This document shows positions 41,492 through 55,341 of a DNA stretch of 64,000 nt, in pieces. Both the position numbers and the translations under genes were made by a program. Each line of letters opens with the position of its first letter. The stretch's first letter is position 1. The DNA is from the human T2T-CHM13v2.0 reference genome, Homo sapiens. Location: assembly GCF_009914755.1 (NCBI RefSeq), contig NC_060930.1; one strand, written 5' to 3'. The notes beneath the pieces were generated by a model. That model was not told where the DNA came from and ran no database searches. It saw nothing but the letters and a program-made list of their open reading frames with translations.

Positions 41492-43408
41492 AGAAAATAC
41501 TTAGAATTGTATGAAAACATAAGCAGCTAAAGTGATGATTCGAGATTTACACTCTGAACAAAGCAAGACTCACAACTGAGCTAAGCACTCAACCTAAAAA
41601 ATTAGAATAAAGGCAGAAATAAACCTAAAAACATTGAAAAAAAAGAGTAAAAATGAACATGTTAGAAACAAATATATAAATATTTTCAAAGAAGCAACTT
41701 TCGGCTTTGCTGATCATCTCTACTATATATTATACATTATATACAATAAATTAACAAAAAACAAATTACAGCTACAAACAACACTGATGAATCTAAAAAA
41801 TATAACAGTGAGCAAATGAAGCAAGCATAAAAGTATAAATATTTACAGTAGTAAAATTCCCTTTATGTAATAAAAGGCCAAAAATAACCACACAAAGAGG
41901 GTTGATAAAGCAAGAGTTGCCTCCATGTGAGGAATGAGTAGACAGAGGAATTCTAGGTGTATTTCTTAACTTTAGTAGTAAGTCCATGAGTATTCAATTT
42001 TTTAAACTTAAAGGTATGCTTCATGCAATTTTAAATGTACAATGTACATCACAATAAACATTCTTTAAAAGTAACATGGCAAAATCAGTTTCTAAAGGAT
42101 ATTCTGAACTTTCCTATAAACAGTGAACATCCACAAGACCTCATGAAAAAAAATTTACCTGTTTAACCTATCCATGCCTGTTACATTCCACACTGAAAAT
42201 ATAGTTCCTTTTATTTGAGATAGTAAAAAGGAAAATGATACTTACTTAAACAAAAAGCATATTTAGCACTTATCCAAGTGCTAAAACAGAGGTAAGTACC
42301 AGGTATTAAGGGAGCAGATAACCTAAGCCTGACTTAGAGAAAGAAGGAAAGGAAACTATTCCACAGTGAAGAAAACAATGTCTGGAAAACAGTAACTGTC
42401 CCAGAAAGCATATTTGGGAGTACATGCGTGTTTACCTTCTACATCCAGAACCAAATTCTAAAAATGAAAAATGCAAATATAACTGCATTCACTTGGAACA
42501 TGTTTAATGGCTAAAGATAATTTTAGTTTCAAAAATAAAAGGGAGAATTTCTCTCTAAATTTAGCCATCAGTGTTTAAGTTTCTACCTTTTCCTGACTTT
42601 TGCTCATTTTATAGTTCTAGTTTTGTTACTAGAAGTGACCACATGCTTCTGTAGTAGCCAGAGTGATACTCAACTGATTTCAAAAGGTAATTTCTGGCTA
42701 AGACGAAGTTTCATATTATTGACAGAAAGAAAGAAAGATACAAACACATAGATAAAATATAGATGTAAACAAACACATGCGCATACACATATACACACAG
42801 CTCAAGGCTAAATTTTGTAAATTTAAACCTTCCAAATTTATTTTAAATGTTAAGAGTCCAGGAGTTGGCAGCAAAGTGCAGAAAACAGAATATTTTTACA
42901 TCTTAGAGATGACTATACAGGAAATGACATTCATTCACTCTATTATTCCACAATTATGTATCAATATGTGTGGGCAAGAGGGCAGATGGCAATACAGTAA
43001 ACTGAAATTGAAAAAGGGACAGCATTTTCATGGCACACTCAACTACTCTACCTGTTTAGCTGGAGGTAACATTTATAGTTATAACTGAGCACTCATGAAT
43101 GGTTTTGGATTGAGGCTAAATCTCTATAAAATGGGGTTATTTCATTTGGAAAAAGCACTAGACAATCAGGTCTGGGTTCAAACCCTATCTGACTTGACTC
43201 TTTCATATTACACTTACCAAAAAAAAAAAAAACTGTAGAAGATAAACAGGGAAGACAATGATTAGCTCTACAGATTTTATATTGGGAATAATAAAGTGCC
43301 TTGAGGGCAATGAAAAATATCAATGCCCTTTTATTCCTCCCCAAAAATTCTATGTCTAGGGTTTTACCCAAAGGGAATAACCATAGGTATGTATAAAAAT
43401 TGAGCTAT

Positions 43409-43747
<339 letters not shown>

Positions 43748-44039
43748 TCATTACTGTACAGCTGAAGAAAAAAATTATATCCCCAATAAATTATGATACA
43801 TCCATAGAATAATATTATTCAGAATTAAAAATGTTACAGATCATTCCATGACAAGGGAAGTGGTTCATCTTTACGCGAAATTACAAAGCTATATATCTAC
43901 ACTAAGGGCCATTTTTAGAAATTAAAATATCATAGTATTTTTCTATATGTATATAAAAATAGATACCAAAATGCTAATAATAGTTATATCTGGGTATAAT
44001 TCTTCTTTTCTTTTCTTTTTGCTTGTCTGGATTTTCTAA

Positions 44040-44390
<351 letters not shown>

Positions 44391-44414
44391 TAAAGTAAGA
44401 AAAAAATCTATTAT

Positions 44415-44590
44415 ATCATGAGGGTGGAGGATAGGAGTAGGGACAGGATCAGGAAAAATAACTAATGGGTACAAGGCTTAATATTTGGGTGATGAAATAA
44501 TCTGTACAACAGAGCCCCTCAGCACAAGTTTACCTATGTAACAAACCTGCACTTATACCCCTGAACTTAAATACAAGTTAAAAAAAAAAC
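44415..44590 (+). mobile_element. L1PA13-16-like 3' end
   Basis: tgagggtggagg...aactaatgggtac...gtaacaaacctgcac...aaaaaaaa. Confidence 0.8.
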
Positions 44591-47500
44591 AGATTTGAAA
44601 CCTTGAAATAGTAACTATACATGAACTATAGAAACAAAAATGAGAAGTTCCCAATATCACCAAACCTGTAAGTGGGTGCAAATTTATCCAATTTATAGAA
44701 AATGGAGAAACCTGATATTCAACTTATACTCGAAACTCCTATCATTCAAGAAATGAATAATGCAAAAGAAGGAAAAACATCTGAAGAAGTGCTGAGTAGG
44801 AACAAGCTGAGAGAACAGACTTTCTGCTAGTGATAGACAGTGTGAAACTTTAGAAGGTATCGTGGTTTATGCAGGGTTAATCAAAATGGAGTAGGAAGAC
44901 TGTGTGCTTCAAATACAGGGGAAATGGAGTAAGTTACAATGATGAAAAGAATGGATCTTATTACAAAAGCCCACTTACCTGAACATTTTTCCCTCTTGAA
45001 GACAATGGATGTTATGCCTACACCCCAACTCCCTTTGTATCCACATCCTCCCAGGATCAACTTGAACAAAAAATCCTGCACCAGACAGCCTCAACCAAAT
45101 ACCATACCAAACACATGGGATAGATTTAATTGATTCTCAAATAATTTTCAGTTGAAACTCTTACTCTGATCTAAACTTCAGGCTTCTTTAAATGCCTACA
45201 AATGTTCTCTCTCTAAAGTTACCTACGCATTTGTTTTTGTTTTGTTTTATATTGTATAAAGTAGGAAGATGTAAAGATGCCTCATTTTAGGAGAAAGGTA
45301 ACAGCTAGAATACAGAATCATGTCCCTTCTGCACCAGCCTCCCCAAGGAAGATCCTTAGAAGTTTCCACAGAAAAGAATTTGCCTAAAATATTTTTCAAA
45401 TGCTTTAATAACATAGACTGAGCTAAGTCAATTGAGAGAAAGAAGTTAACCAAGAAGCTTTGCTCAAAAACCCTAAAAGGTATGTAAAGCTTATAACTAT
45501 AATAACACATAAAGGTTTAAATTGAAAATGATGTTAAGAATTTGAAAATGATCTAAGAATCAATTAATATATATGCCAGGTGATTGGTACAGTATCTGGC
45601 TGGGGGTGTGTTTAATCTAAATTGTATCTGGGAAGATGTAATTCTTTAGCATATCACTCAAAGGAAATGCTGATAATAATAACCCTATTATTAATTTCAA
45701 TAGGTGACCACTAGATTGCCCCCATACCTGCAAATATACCATCTATTCCCCAAGACCCGAGAGCTGTGTTAAAATCCAACTTTTCTAACTCTTCATTATG
45801 TTTATAATGAACATGAATGAGCTTTCCTGTGTATTAAGCTAGAGTTTCACGCTTGAGTTTTCTGAATCTTCTGTCATACAAACAGAAGTGGATACAAATC
45901 TTGTCCATATTTACTGGTGCAGAGGCTAGAATGCATTTTATCCTATGTGTCAAACTTAAAGCCTGAAACAGCTTGCTGTCAGCTTCAGAAACCATTTTTA
46001 CAAGCATGGCATACCGCCTCAAGCCAACCAAATCCTAAAGCATGTTGGGCTGCCCACACTTCAAATCATTTGGAATGTTCTCATGTTTTGTGGTTGCAAA
46101 AGTACCAATTTTGTGGATCATCTAGTTCAAATTGAGGGCACATCTAACCTTAAACAGAAAATTCCCCGGAAATTGAAACTATAACTGACCAGGATCACAT
46201 CAGCTCTTAAGATCTATGATCTCAGGCTGGTAGTCAAACATCTCAAATGTTGTGTTTTGAAAGTTGAAGAAATGCAACATAAACTCTGTGAAACTCATTC
46301 ATGTGTCTTCAAGGAAACACTAAGAACTCATCCTAAATATACATATGTCATAGTTGCAAAAAAAAAAAGGAAAAAGTGCCACCTGCAACAAAGTAAAGGT
46401 GATTTGCAGCAAATATAAACACATTTCTGGTAAACAGCTAGCAAATTAAAGAAAAAAAAACCGCCTAACAGATTACTTCATTTCATTTCTAATTTTCATA
46501 CATAAGCTGAAATATAGCAGCTTCAGCTGTGAAATGTGGTAACAAACATAACAAAGGTGAATGAAATAGTTTTGCTTGTAGTAACTGGAGCACTGTATTT
46601 ATACATATTGTTTTTCCAAGCATTAATGGGTCCCTCTCTCAAATCAAGTGCTTAAGACATCATTTCACAAATTGGAGTACCAGAACTTCCCCAAGGTTTG
46701 CCTCTCATGCCTTTGAGGTCTACTCTCTAAATCCCAGATCTATGAAGAATGTCCTAAAGGTTATTTTTGAAGTATTAAAAGAAGAAAACACTATATTGAC
46801 AAACTAAATTTTACCTAGAATTTGCCTATTGAAGCTTAAGAAATGCCTGGTTCAATTATCCATTGGCAGGGTAATTCAATCCATTTGAATAGATAAATGT
46901 GGTTAGGATATGGTTCCCTGATCCAAGCCTTGTTAAGAGTTCGAGAACATACTGAAAACCAGTGCTTTTTAACTTAACTGATATTGACTAAAATGCTGAA
47001 AAGATGACAAGCCCTAGCAATAACTATTTTTAGCTGATATTTTAGACCTACTGTTCCTGGTGCACATGTATTATTAGGTCCCTAAATGGTTTTCATGTTT
47101 TTTATATACTCAATAGCATATACAGATATGGTATATATAGTTATACTATATATAGTATGGATACATAAATATAGATATATGTGTGATATGGATATATACA
47201 TATACAAATCCACCTCTGTGTGTATCATTTCCAAAATACTCATTCACAAAACAATCATCCCAAATTAAATAAACCATAAACAAAATCTCAAGGTGCTCAA
47301 GTAACTCTAGGAACTAAGTCACATCCACTTAGGAACACTAAATTCTTACTTTCTTGCTTGCAGTCCAGCAAACTTAAGGTAAAACAGTAACTACATAGGG
47401 GTTTTAGTTATGTTTATTTTTCCTAAGCAAATTTTTCTCCAAGAATGTTCAGCTTGCTGAAATTTTCAGAAAATGCTTGAGATGGTGGGTTCTTTTTTTC

Positions 47501-49057
47501 AGTTTCGGTACTGGTATACTTTACAGCAAAGTGACAAAACTGTACTTAGAGATAAAAATCTATATCCCAAACAAAATTTTACAGTATTACTGGTTATTCT
47601 GGGATGATTTTCTTCGAAAACTTCCCATTACAAACAATATGTTTCCTACACTATCCCGTCTGCCTTGGTAGTATACTTTTCACACACAAAATTGTACGTA
47701 ACACATATACCAGAAATACGTCAAGGCACTCTTTTATTTAAATAAGCTCCCACATTCTGTTTTTATTGTTCAAAATGATCTGAATGCTCATAATTGATGT
47801 AATCAATTATGTCACTAAAATTTTGGCTATGCAACATTTTACAAAATATAGGGACTTTTCATCAGCACCTTAGATTTGTAGTTGGCAATGTGAGTGAATA
47901 AGGCAAACAGGAATAGAGGTGTGGCAGAGACCTAGGGGTGTGAGAAAATGGGGCTTCCTTTACCCACGGGACACGTGGGAAAAAAAACTTATCCACGTCT
48001 GCAATAAATGTACTTTTATGTTAGGTTTCATTAAATGAAACACGTATTACATACCTCGTCAATGGATTAGAATGTCTGAAGCAGTATCAGCTTATGCAAG
48101 AAACATGAGGTTTTTATCCATGATTCTTAGAAACACTACTCCTAGAACTGGTTGAAGGCTTCTTAATCTAAGACATAATGAAAAACAAGCTCACCCAATA
48201 AACAAAGAGAAATCCTATTTTAAAAACATATGGTTTAAACTTCATCCTACCTCACTAAAAACCTGCATGCTACTATAGGGATGCCTGTATTCCCTAAGTG
48301 TCGAGACTCAGTCTCATCCAAGACTAAACGATCTCTTTGAAAATTTGGGCAAGCCCTGGGGGAAATTTTCATAAAGATATGTTGTTGGATTTTTTTTTTA
48401 AGCACTCTGAGCCTCCACAACATATTTTATTATTAAAAAGAAGAATGTTTCCGAAAAGGGGCAGAGGAGAAAAGACTGAAATCAGGGCGACGTTGAAAAC
48501 CGGCCAAGGATGCAACACACAGCGCCGCAGGCTGAACCACATGGAAGAGGGAACCTCTCTTAACTGTTGGAGCGCGAAAGGACCTTTCGCTCTCGCAAAC
48601 AAGGTAAATTTCAGCCCTCAAGCAGCGAGACCACCGTGTAAAAGTTCAAGTGGAGCTCATCTCCTTCCTCTCACTCCCAGCACTGAATTCTCAACCAGAA
48701 CAGCCCAGCAGGAAAGGAGCCGGCATGGGGTGCCCCTCTGCAGCCGACCGTTTTCCTAGAAGGCCTAACCGCTCAGACGGGCAGGGGAGGGGGGCGGGCG
48801 GCCCGGGAGAAACCGAGTCCCCGCCGGGTCCCCACCGTGTGGCGCCGACCGAAATAACTCCAGTCCAGCTGCAAAAACCCTCCCGAAAACCCAAGCTTCT
48901 CCGGCACAACTTCGGTCTCTCCAGCCTCATTCCTCCCCGCACTCCGCCAAACTGCTCGCCCTGCCCAGCGCAGCGGATGCAAGCGCTCCCCGCCCCGAGC
49001 GGCTACCTGTCCCGCGGGCCGGGGATCGCGGGCCGGGGATCCCGAGCCTCACCTCAC

Positions 49058-49280
49058 CTCAAGCGAAGGGCAGCGCGCGGGCGCCCGCGGAAGAGCCCAG
49101 GGAGCATGGCTCCATGTAGTCCCTCCCGGAACTTTCCTGACATAGCACTTCTCTCCTCCGCTGCAGAGAACAACGCTGCCAGGCGGAGGAGGAAGGAGGA
49201 CAACGAAGAGGAGGTGGTGGCGGCGGCGGCGATAGAGGCGGCGGTGGCGGGAGCTGGAGCTGAAAGTGAGGAGCATCGCG
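49058..49280 (-). other. GPR63: GPR63 non-coding exon 1 (5' end approximate)
   Basis: Ends at GAG|GTGAGG (49058) or 5 nt later (49053); CCG-rich; the TSS cannot be fixed from sequence alone. Confidence 0.7.
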
Positions 49281-49394
49281 GACGAGCGCCGCCGCCTCGC
49301 GAGCCGCCGAGGGGTTCCCGCCCCCAGGGTAACCAACGCTCCCTCTTAAAGGCGCCGGCCCCGGTTTTAGACCGGGAGGTGAGTGAGAGAAGAG

Positions 49395-49470
49395 AAAGAG
49401 GGAGGAGGCAAGTAAAAAGGGAGGGGGCAAGTAAAGAGGGAGGAGGCAAGTAAAGAGGGAGGAGGCAAGT
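49395..49470. repeat. 19-bp minisatellite, 4 copies
   Basis: aaagagggaggaggcaagt at 49395, 49433 and 49452; variant aaaaagggagggggcaagt at 49414. Confidence 0.95.
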
Positions 49471-50779
49471 AGAGACGGAGAGATCCCTGGAGGCCACGCC
49501 CGAGCTGCCCCAGGGCGGATCGCCGGCCCCTTTCGACCGCTCCCTGCCCTGAACCCCTCTATGCTCAGGTCGCATCGTTCCTCCGCCTGGGCAAAGGCAT
49601 CGAGGGTACCGCAAGTGCGCCCACCCGGCACTGGGGCAACCCTCGTCGTTGGCCTGCGCCCTGCACCCCGCGCCTCGCTCCCAGACGGTCGCCCCGCCCC
49701 TAATCCCTGGCAGTCCTTTTAGGGTCCTGGTTTCCCGCTCCCACGGGCCCCCAGAGTGCACCTCCAGTGGCTACTGCCCAGTGGATTTGCGTTCCCCGAG
49801 GCTACTCGCGTTTCTTCTTTGGTTATTCTTCCTCATTTCCAACACAATGATGAGGGTCTCACGCAGGCGTCCAGAAGACTGAAATAACTAAAAGCCAGCT
49901 GGGGCCCCTAGACCAATGCTTGAAGGTGTCCCTGATGTGTGGCATGGGAGAATTGCCAGGTATCCTCCTTTACCCGGTGCTCTGTTCTCTTCCAATGGCC
50001 AATCCCCAGCTGGCCTCCCACTGGATTTCTAAAACGATTCACTTTCATCAACACATGGGCTGTAAAGATGCCAAACAACTCAGGAAGACCCCCCAGAAAA
50101 AGTATCATCTTGAGACAGTGGAAAATGCTGCTTTCAGTGACAAGTGATATTTTCAGCTATTATCAACATATGTGATCATTACTGAGGCCACAGCCTCAGG
50201 TGGTGATGCCCAGGAGGCTCCCAGCATCAGCAGCTATCGTCACCCTAGGAAGAGACCACAGCAGCAGTGGGCATGAGCAGCAGAGGGTTGCTACTGTCCA
50301 CGGACTTGTTTTTCTACCTCATAGTTCCAACCCTTGCTTCTTGGACCTATGGGACTTCAGTATAGTGTTGTGCAGTTTGTACTCTGCACTGTGTCCTCTG
50401 TCTGAGGAGGTGGGCAGGCAATTTGGAGTTAAGATCTAGCCTGGGTTCCAGAGCACCAGTCCTAGCACCAAGCTCGGAGAGAGTGGCATTTCCTCATTCA
50501 CACAAAGGCACTTGCATATCACTACCCTGAGACTGAACCAGAACATCTCAGTTCTTTGCCTCCTGCCACCTACAGCTGTGAAAGAAGCACTTGTGTTGAA
50601 CTTGTAGAAGAATAAGGCAAGAGGAGACTATACAAAAGGTTGAAGAAACTTCTGTAACCAGATGGAGACGAAATAAGCCCTGGGCTCAATAAAAGCAGGA
50701 GACATGGTCTTGCCTGGACCAAACTTTTAAGATGGGAAAGGAGATTATCAGCGAGCAAAAGTGAAGTCAGGATAGTTGG

Positions 50780-50879
50780 ATGTGGCCAGCACACAACTCA
50801 AACTGAGTTAGCAAAACCTGCAGCAAAGGGCATTGGAATTTATTGGTTCATATGTTTATAAATCCCATAAGTAGAACTG

Positions 50880-50918
<39 letters not shown>

Positions 50919-51330
50919 CTTAGAAATCCTTTTTACTCCAGATACTCAAAGAGCATCAGGACTCAATTTCTCTCCCTGTCTTCATTGTGCTTTCACTGCA
51001 CTGGTTTTATTTCTCTAAACAGAGGGAAGACCTACATCTCCAGTCTTAACATCCAACCTCCTTAGCAATTAGTCGCATCAGAAAGAAAGCAAGCTGAAGA
51101 ATGTCTCACCAGACCCACGTGGATCCTGCGTTCATCTCTGAACTAACCATTGTAACTATGGGATGGAATGCACACTGCCAGGCTGGGGTTATTTGCCTTT
51201 ATCTACAAAAAGGTCAAGGGAAATAATTGTATGTACCCTTCATATATACCCAAACCACAGGGACCGAGTAGAAAGAAAGAGGTTTCCCAAAGGAAAATTA
51301 AAGTGTTGTTAATAAAGAAGGCAAAAGAAT
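50780..51330. mobile_element. Old MLT1-type LTR remnant
   Basis: aactcaaactgagttagcaaa...ggaatttattggttcat...tttcccaaaggaaaatt resembles MLT1J/K. Confidence 0.45.
50880..50917. repeat. (CG)2(CA)15 microsatellite
   Basis: gcgcg(ca)15cgt. Confidence 0.95.
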
Positions 51331-52906
51331 GTTGAGTAGATAAAGACTAGAAATGCCCACTACAATCCCCATTCCCCAGTATACACACATCACCACCACT
51401 GTCACCAAGGGGACTGACCACCTCTCTGCTCCTTTACCAACAGTCTCAGGATCAGAAGAATGAGAATGCTGATGGGTCATGGAGGTGCTAGTAATTGAGC
51501 CAACCAGCCACATCCTTTGGCCTCAGAGCCACTGAGAAGATCCTGAGTGACATTTGTGACATTTCACAAACCACCTGCAAACAAACAATATATAAACCAT
51601 GATTGTATTCAATTATTTTTCCCTAAATTATAAACCTGCCTCCATGTACCTCAAGCCCACATTCATTGTTAGGCCTTTTTAGTTATGCAATCAATTTAAT
51701 TTGATAAGAGCTCATGGAAATTCCCTGATATATATATATATATATTCAACTTGGGGGAAAAAAAAGTGGCCTACGAATAATCACATTTCAGTATCCAAGT
51801 GCCAAAGAGCCCAGCTTTGTTTTTAAACTTCAGTAACTTTATCTTTTCAGAGAGAAAGATGTTATCTTTCTCTCTGAAAAGGTGTTTATTTTGCCTACCA
51901 AAAAGTGACAAAAAGTTTCAGGCTTTTTTTGTCTCACACAAGAACTTTTCTTTTACAGTAGTTGCTAATAAAAAAAAGTTTTGTATTTTTTTCTTCATTT
52001 GTGCATTTTATAGAAATCCTCATATATCATAGAAATTTAGACTAATAAACTGGAAGAGACTTTAGAATAACCTAAAACATCCCTTTCATTTCAGAGCTAA
52101 AGAAATGAAAGCTCAAAGGTTGACTTGTGTAGGGTACATAGCTGTTTTTTAGTATCTGTGATGTCCCTAACACACATGTGCTTTTGCTAGACATTTCGAA
52201 GGATATAGAAGCAAAAGCATAGAATGTAGTCACTGTCCTCAAAGAGACATAACTATCTAAGATATAAGACAATTACAGAACATCACAATATATCATATAA
52301 TTTAGTGTAAAAAGTGTGGGATGATCTCCGTGTATTAAAAATAGGCATCAGAAAATGAGACACTATGGACTGGAATAGTCTTGGAAACACTTTCTAGCGA
52401 GGAAGCAATTAGATGGTCTTTTTTAAATGCAGAGGAAAAAGGAAAGATTTTCCAAGCAAGAAAGCAAACAAAATGAGAAGGCATTGATGGGAAAAAGATC
52501 TTGCCACTTGCAGGAACAGAAATGAAACCTGTACTGTCATGGTTTAGAAAAGTTTTTCAAACTCCAAGTCATGAAGTCATTTTACTAAGTTTTGACTAGT
52601 ATTATTTTAATTAAAATATCAGCATGCATCATACTTAATAAGTATTATTTGTTAAACTTGTGTTTCATTATCATGCGTGTTCTGAGTTATGACATGAATT
52701 CAATGTCTTACTTTGGTTAATGTTCACAGTAAGCTCAAAAGCCTCTGGTTCTGAAGCTAAATAGACTAGGTGTGAAACTGTTTTGAGGCAAGACATTGAG
52801 CAAATAACATCTCTCCAAGCATCAATTTCTTTATGTGCAAGAGATTTTCTGCACAGTCCTGTGCACACAGTAAGACTTGTAAATGCCACCTCTTATTGAC
52901 TAGATT

Positions 52907-53081
52907 GGATATTTTCAACCCTGACTGCACATTAGAATCACCTGAGAGGTTTTTTTTAAAATACTGTTGCCTGGGGCCCATCCTCAGAGACCCAGATTCA
53001 ATTTCAGGGTTGACTCTGGACATCAGTGAGATTAAAAGCTGCCCAAGTGATTCCAATGTGCAATCATGGCTGAGAACCCTG
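52907..53081. mobile_element. MER5A-type hAT element
   Basis: tcaaccctgactgcacattagaatcacctg...gtgattccaatgtgcaatcatggctgagaacc terminal inverted structure. Confidence 0.85.
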
Positions 53082-53829
53082 AGTTGGAGCCATAGAACAC
53101 ATCTAGCACCTGAGGAGCCTGTCTCTTTCCTCAGTGAGTACATTGACTTTGATAAGTTACGTTTCTTCCCATAGATAGCATGCCAGGTAGTCAGCAGATT
53201 TCTAACTACTTTCTACTCTGCATTTGCCCCTGAAAAATCTTCAACTGTGGTGTAAACTGCTCATGGTTTACCTCAGTAACACAGCATGAATCCTGAGTCA
53301 TAATATTTCATGTGTCTCTCCACATGTACATTTTATGGTCAGTTGTAAGCATAGAGTCGTTTCTGGAGGTGTTAAAAGGCAGTAAAAATACCACCAAAAA
53401 CTCCCTAAGGAAAAGCAGAAAGGCTAGAAGTAAGTGGCATTAGAAATCCATAAGCTGAATAATTAGCAGATGACTCATTAAATTCCAGCTATTTTCATCC
53501 TAACTTTTAATAGTGTAGTTTCTAAACATAGTAATTAGTGATGTGCTTTTTGTAATTTTACATTCAGTAATCCCTCTTAAGTGTTCATAACTTACAAACT
53601 TTTTCCCCTATTTAATCAATCCCTTTGTGTATGAAAGAGTAAACATTTTCAAATACAACTTGTCCAAGAAATTCAGTATCTAGACCACTGTATTTTGACT
53701 GATTGTTTTGTCTATGTAAATCCAGACTTTTCTGAACTTTGGCTGGAGAAAGATAATAAAGGTAGCATAAATTTAAATTCCCCCAAAGAGACATAACAAC
53801 GAAGATAAAGGGGGAAAAACACTATAAAC

Positions 53830-54470
53830 TACAAGTCTGATAAGCAGATACCATGTACTTCATGATATGACAAAATCAGAAGTACCCAGAACCACTGGGA
53901 GGTTTTATGGCCTAAGCAACGGAATCTGAATCTAATCAAGCCTCTAGACCTAACAGGAAATACAGGGGACAGAGGATCAAGTTAGAAATCATCTGAAGAA
54001 AGCAATCAATCAAATCCAGAATGTCAAACATTCAATAAGCAAAGTGACCTGATTTCCATATGGAATCAATGACATGAAAAAACAGGGGTCAGACTACAAA
54101 AGAGTAAAAGAGATTTAAGGATCATAATTAACTGCAACGTGTGGACTGTATGTCCTGTTTGGCACAAACAACCTGTGAAGATAATCCTTGAAATAATCAG
54201 GAAAATCAGATTATGGATTAAGTAATTTGATACTATAGATGAATTATTGTTAATTTTGTTAGATGTGATAATGGCATGACAGTTATATATAAAACAAATA
54301 TGTCATTGGGGTGCATATTGAAGAATTTCATAATCCTGCAAAAATAATGGAAGGAGGAATAGGTGAAAAAATGACTAATAATTTTTGAAGCTGGTGGATG
54401 GAGATTTATTACCTTGTACTAATTATTATTGAGTATATTTGGAAAACTCCCTAATGAAATTTTTAAAAAT
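53830..54470 (+). mobile_element. Old L1ME/MC 3' end
   Basis: gaatctgaatctaatcaagcctctag...aattttgttagatgtgataatggc. Confidence 0.6.
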
Positions 54471-54790
54471 TTCTATTTGATGTTGAGCTAACCTTTTATT
54501 AAAATCTTTCTCTTGGTTTTGCTAATAGAACAGTGATAAACATATGTGGATCTAGGCCTGGTTGTATGTCAAGTATCCTGAGAAACAAGCTTTAAGTTTC
54601 AGAAATCTTTTATTATAATATTTTTGACCAATATTTACTGGTTACATTCAAGGCATCTTTCAACTCACTGTACACTGAGGACAAGGCTCTAATGCGAGTC
54701 TCTTTGCTAAGGGAACCCTCAGTGGCATAGGATTGGACCAAAAGAGTGACCAGTGAGGGATTCTGTAGGGAGAGCACACTCCGTCCTACA

Positions 54791-54983
54791 CAGCGGCTTC
54801 TCTGCGCTGCAGTTGCTTACTCTCCAAGTATCTCTGGGCTTCCATCTTTCTAGGGTGGCTGGTGTCCAGTGACTAGCTCTGGCTGCCAGCTGCCTCTCTG
54901 CGCTGCAGTTGCTTACTCTCCAAGTATCTCTGGGCTCCCATCTTTCTCGGGTGGCTGGTGTCCAGTGACTAGCTCTGGCTGCC
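54791..54983. repeat. 96-bp tandem duplication (2 copies, ~96% identical)
   Basis: Units 54791-54886 and 54887-54982 differ at 4 positions. Confidence 0.95.
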
Positions 54984-55341
54984 TCCATCTTGGGATGTCC
55001 ATGGTGAAGTCTGTGGTTAAGTCCATAGGGACTAAATGGTTGATGCTTCTGTTCTTTTTGTAAGCCTTAGTAGAGACATGGTCTCTTGGCCAGAAACCTT
55101 TCCCTCATCCTACCACATCGCACTATTTTCTACCCCTCAAAGAAGACACACAAGTGTGTGCGTGCACACACACTCCAAGAAAACACTGCAGCGGTAAATA
55201 AGATTCAGTAGGCCAAGACCAATGAAGGAAGACGTAGAGCAGCCATTCAGCCTGCTTTTAGTCCATGCCTTAGCCTGTTGTTTTTCCAACACTGGTATCT
55301 GGACCATTATTGACACATGATTACTTTTAGGGTAGGGTAAC

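Larger units (their letters stand above)
38440..42060 (+). mobile_element. Old L1M with decayed ORF1/ORF2, interrupted by an MLT1 LTR and an AluJ
   Basis: aattggagttccagaag, tatgctatttacaagagacacatctaaa and acatcctctgaccat L1 ORF1/EN-like motifs. Confidence 0.65.
48480..49810. promoter_or_regulatory. GPR63: CpG island promoter of GPR63
   Basis: Sharp rise in GC and CpG density against an AT-rich, CpG-poor background; GC boxes; contains the exon-1 donor. Confidence 0.92.

Noticed and set aside
42262-42285. Perfect 10-bp hairpin tttagcactt-atcc-aagtgctaaa
   Set aside because: Roughly one such stem is expected by chance in AT-rich 64 kb; too short for a pre-miRNA.
44971-44981. Perfect CAG|GTAAGT donor on the minus strand as a cassette exon
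   Set aside because: No convincing acceptor within ~250 nt upstream.
48337-49761. Long ORFs (140-267 aa) on both strands of the CpG island
   Set aside because: Stop-codon depletion in GC-rich DNA; low-complexity P/R/G/A products, several from non-ATG starts.
54719-54988. 89-aa ORF with an internal 32-aa repeat
   Set aside because: A by-product of the 96-bp tandem duplication.
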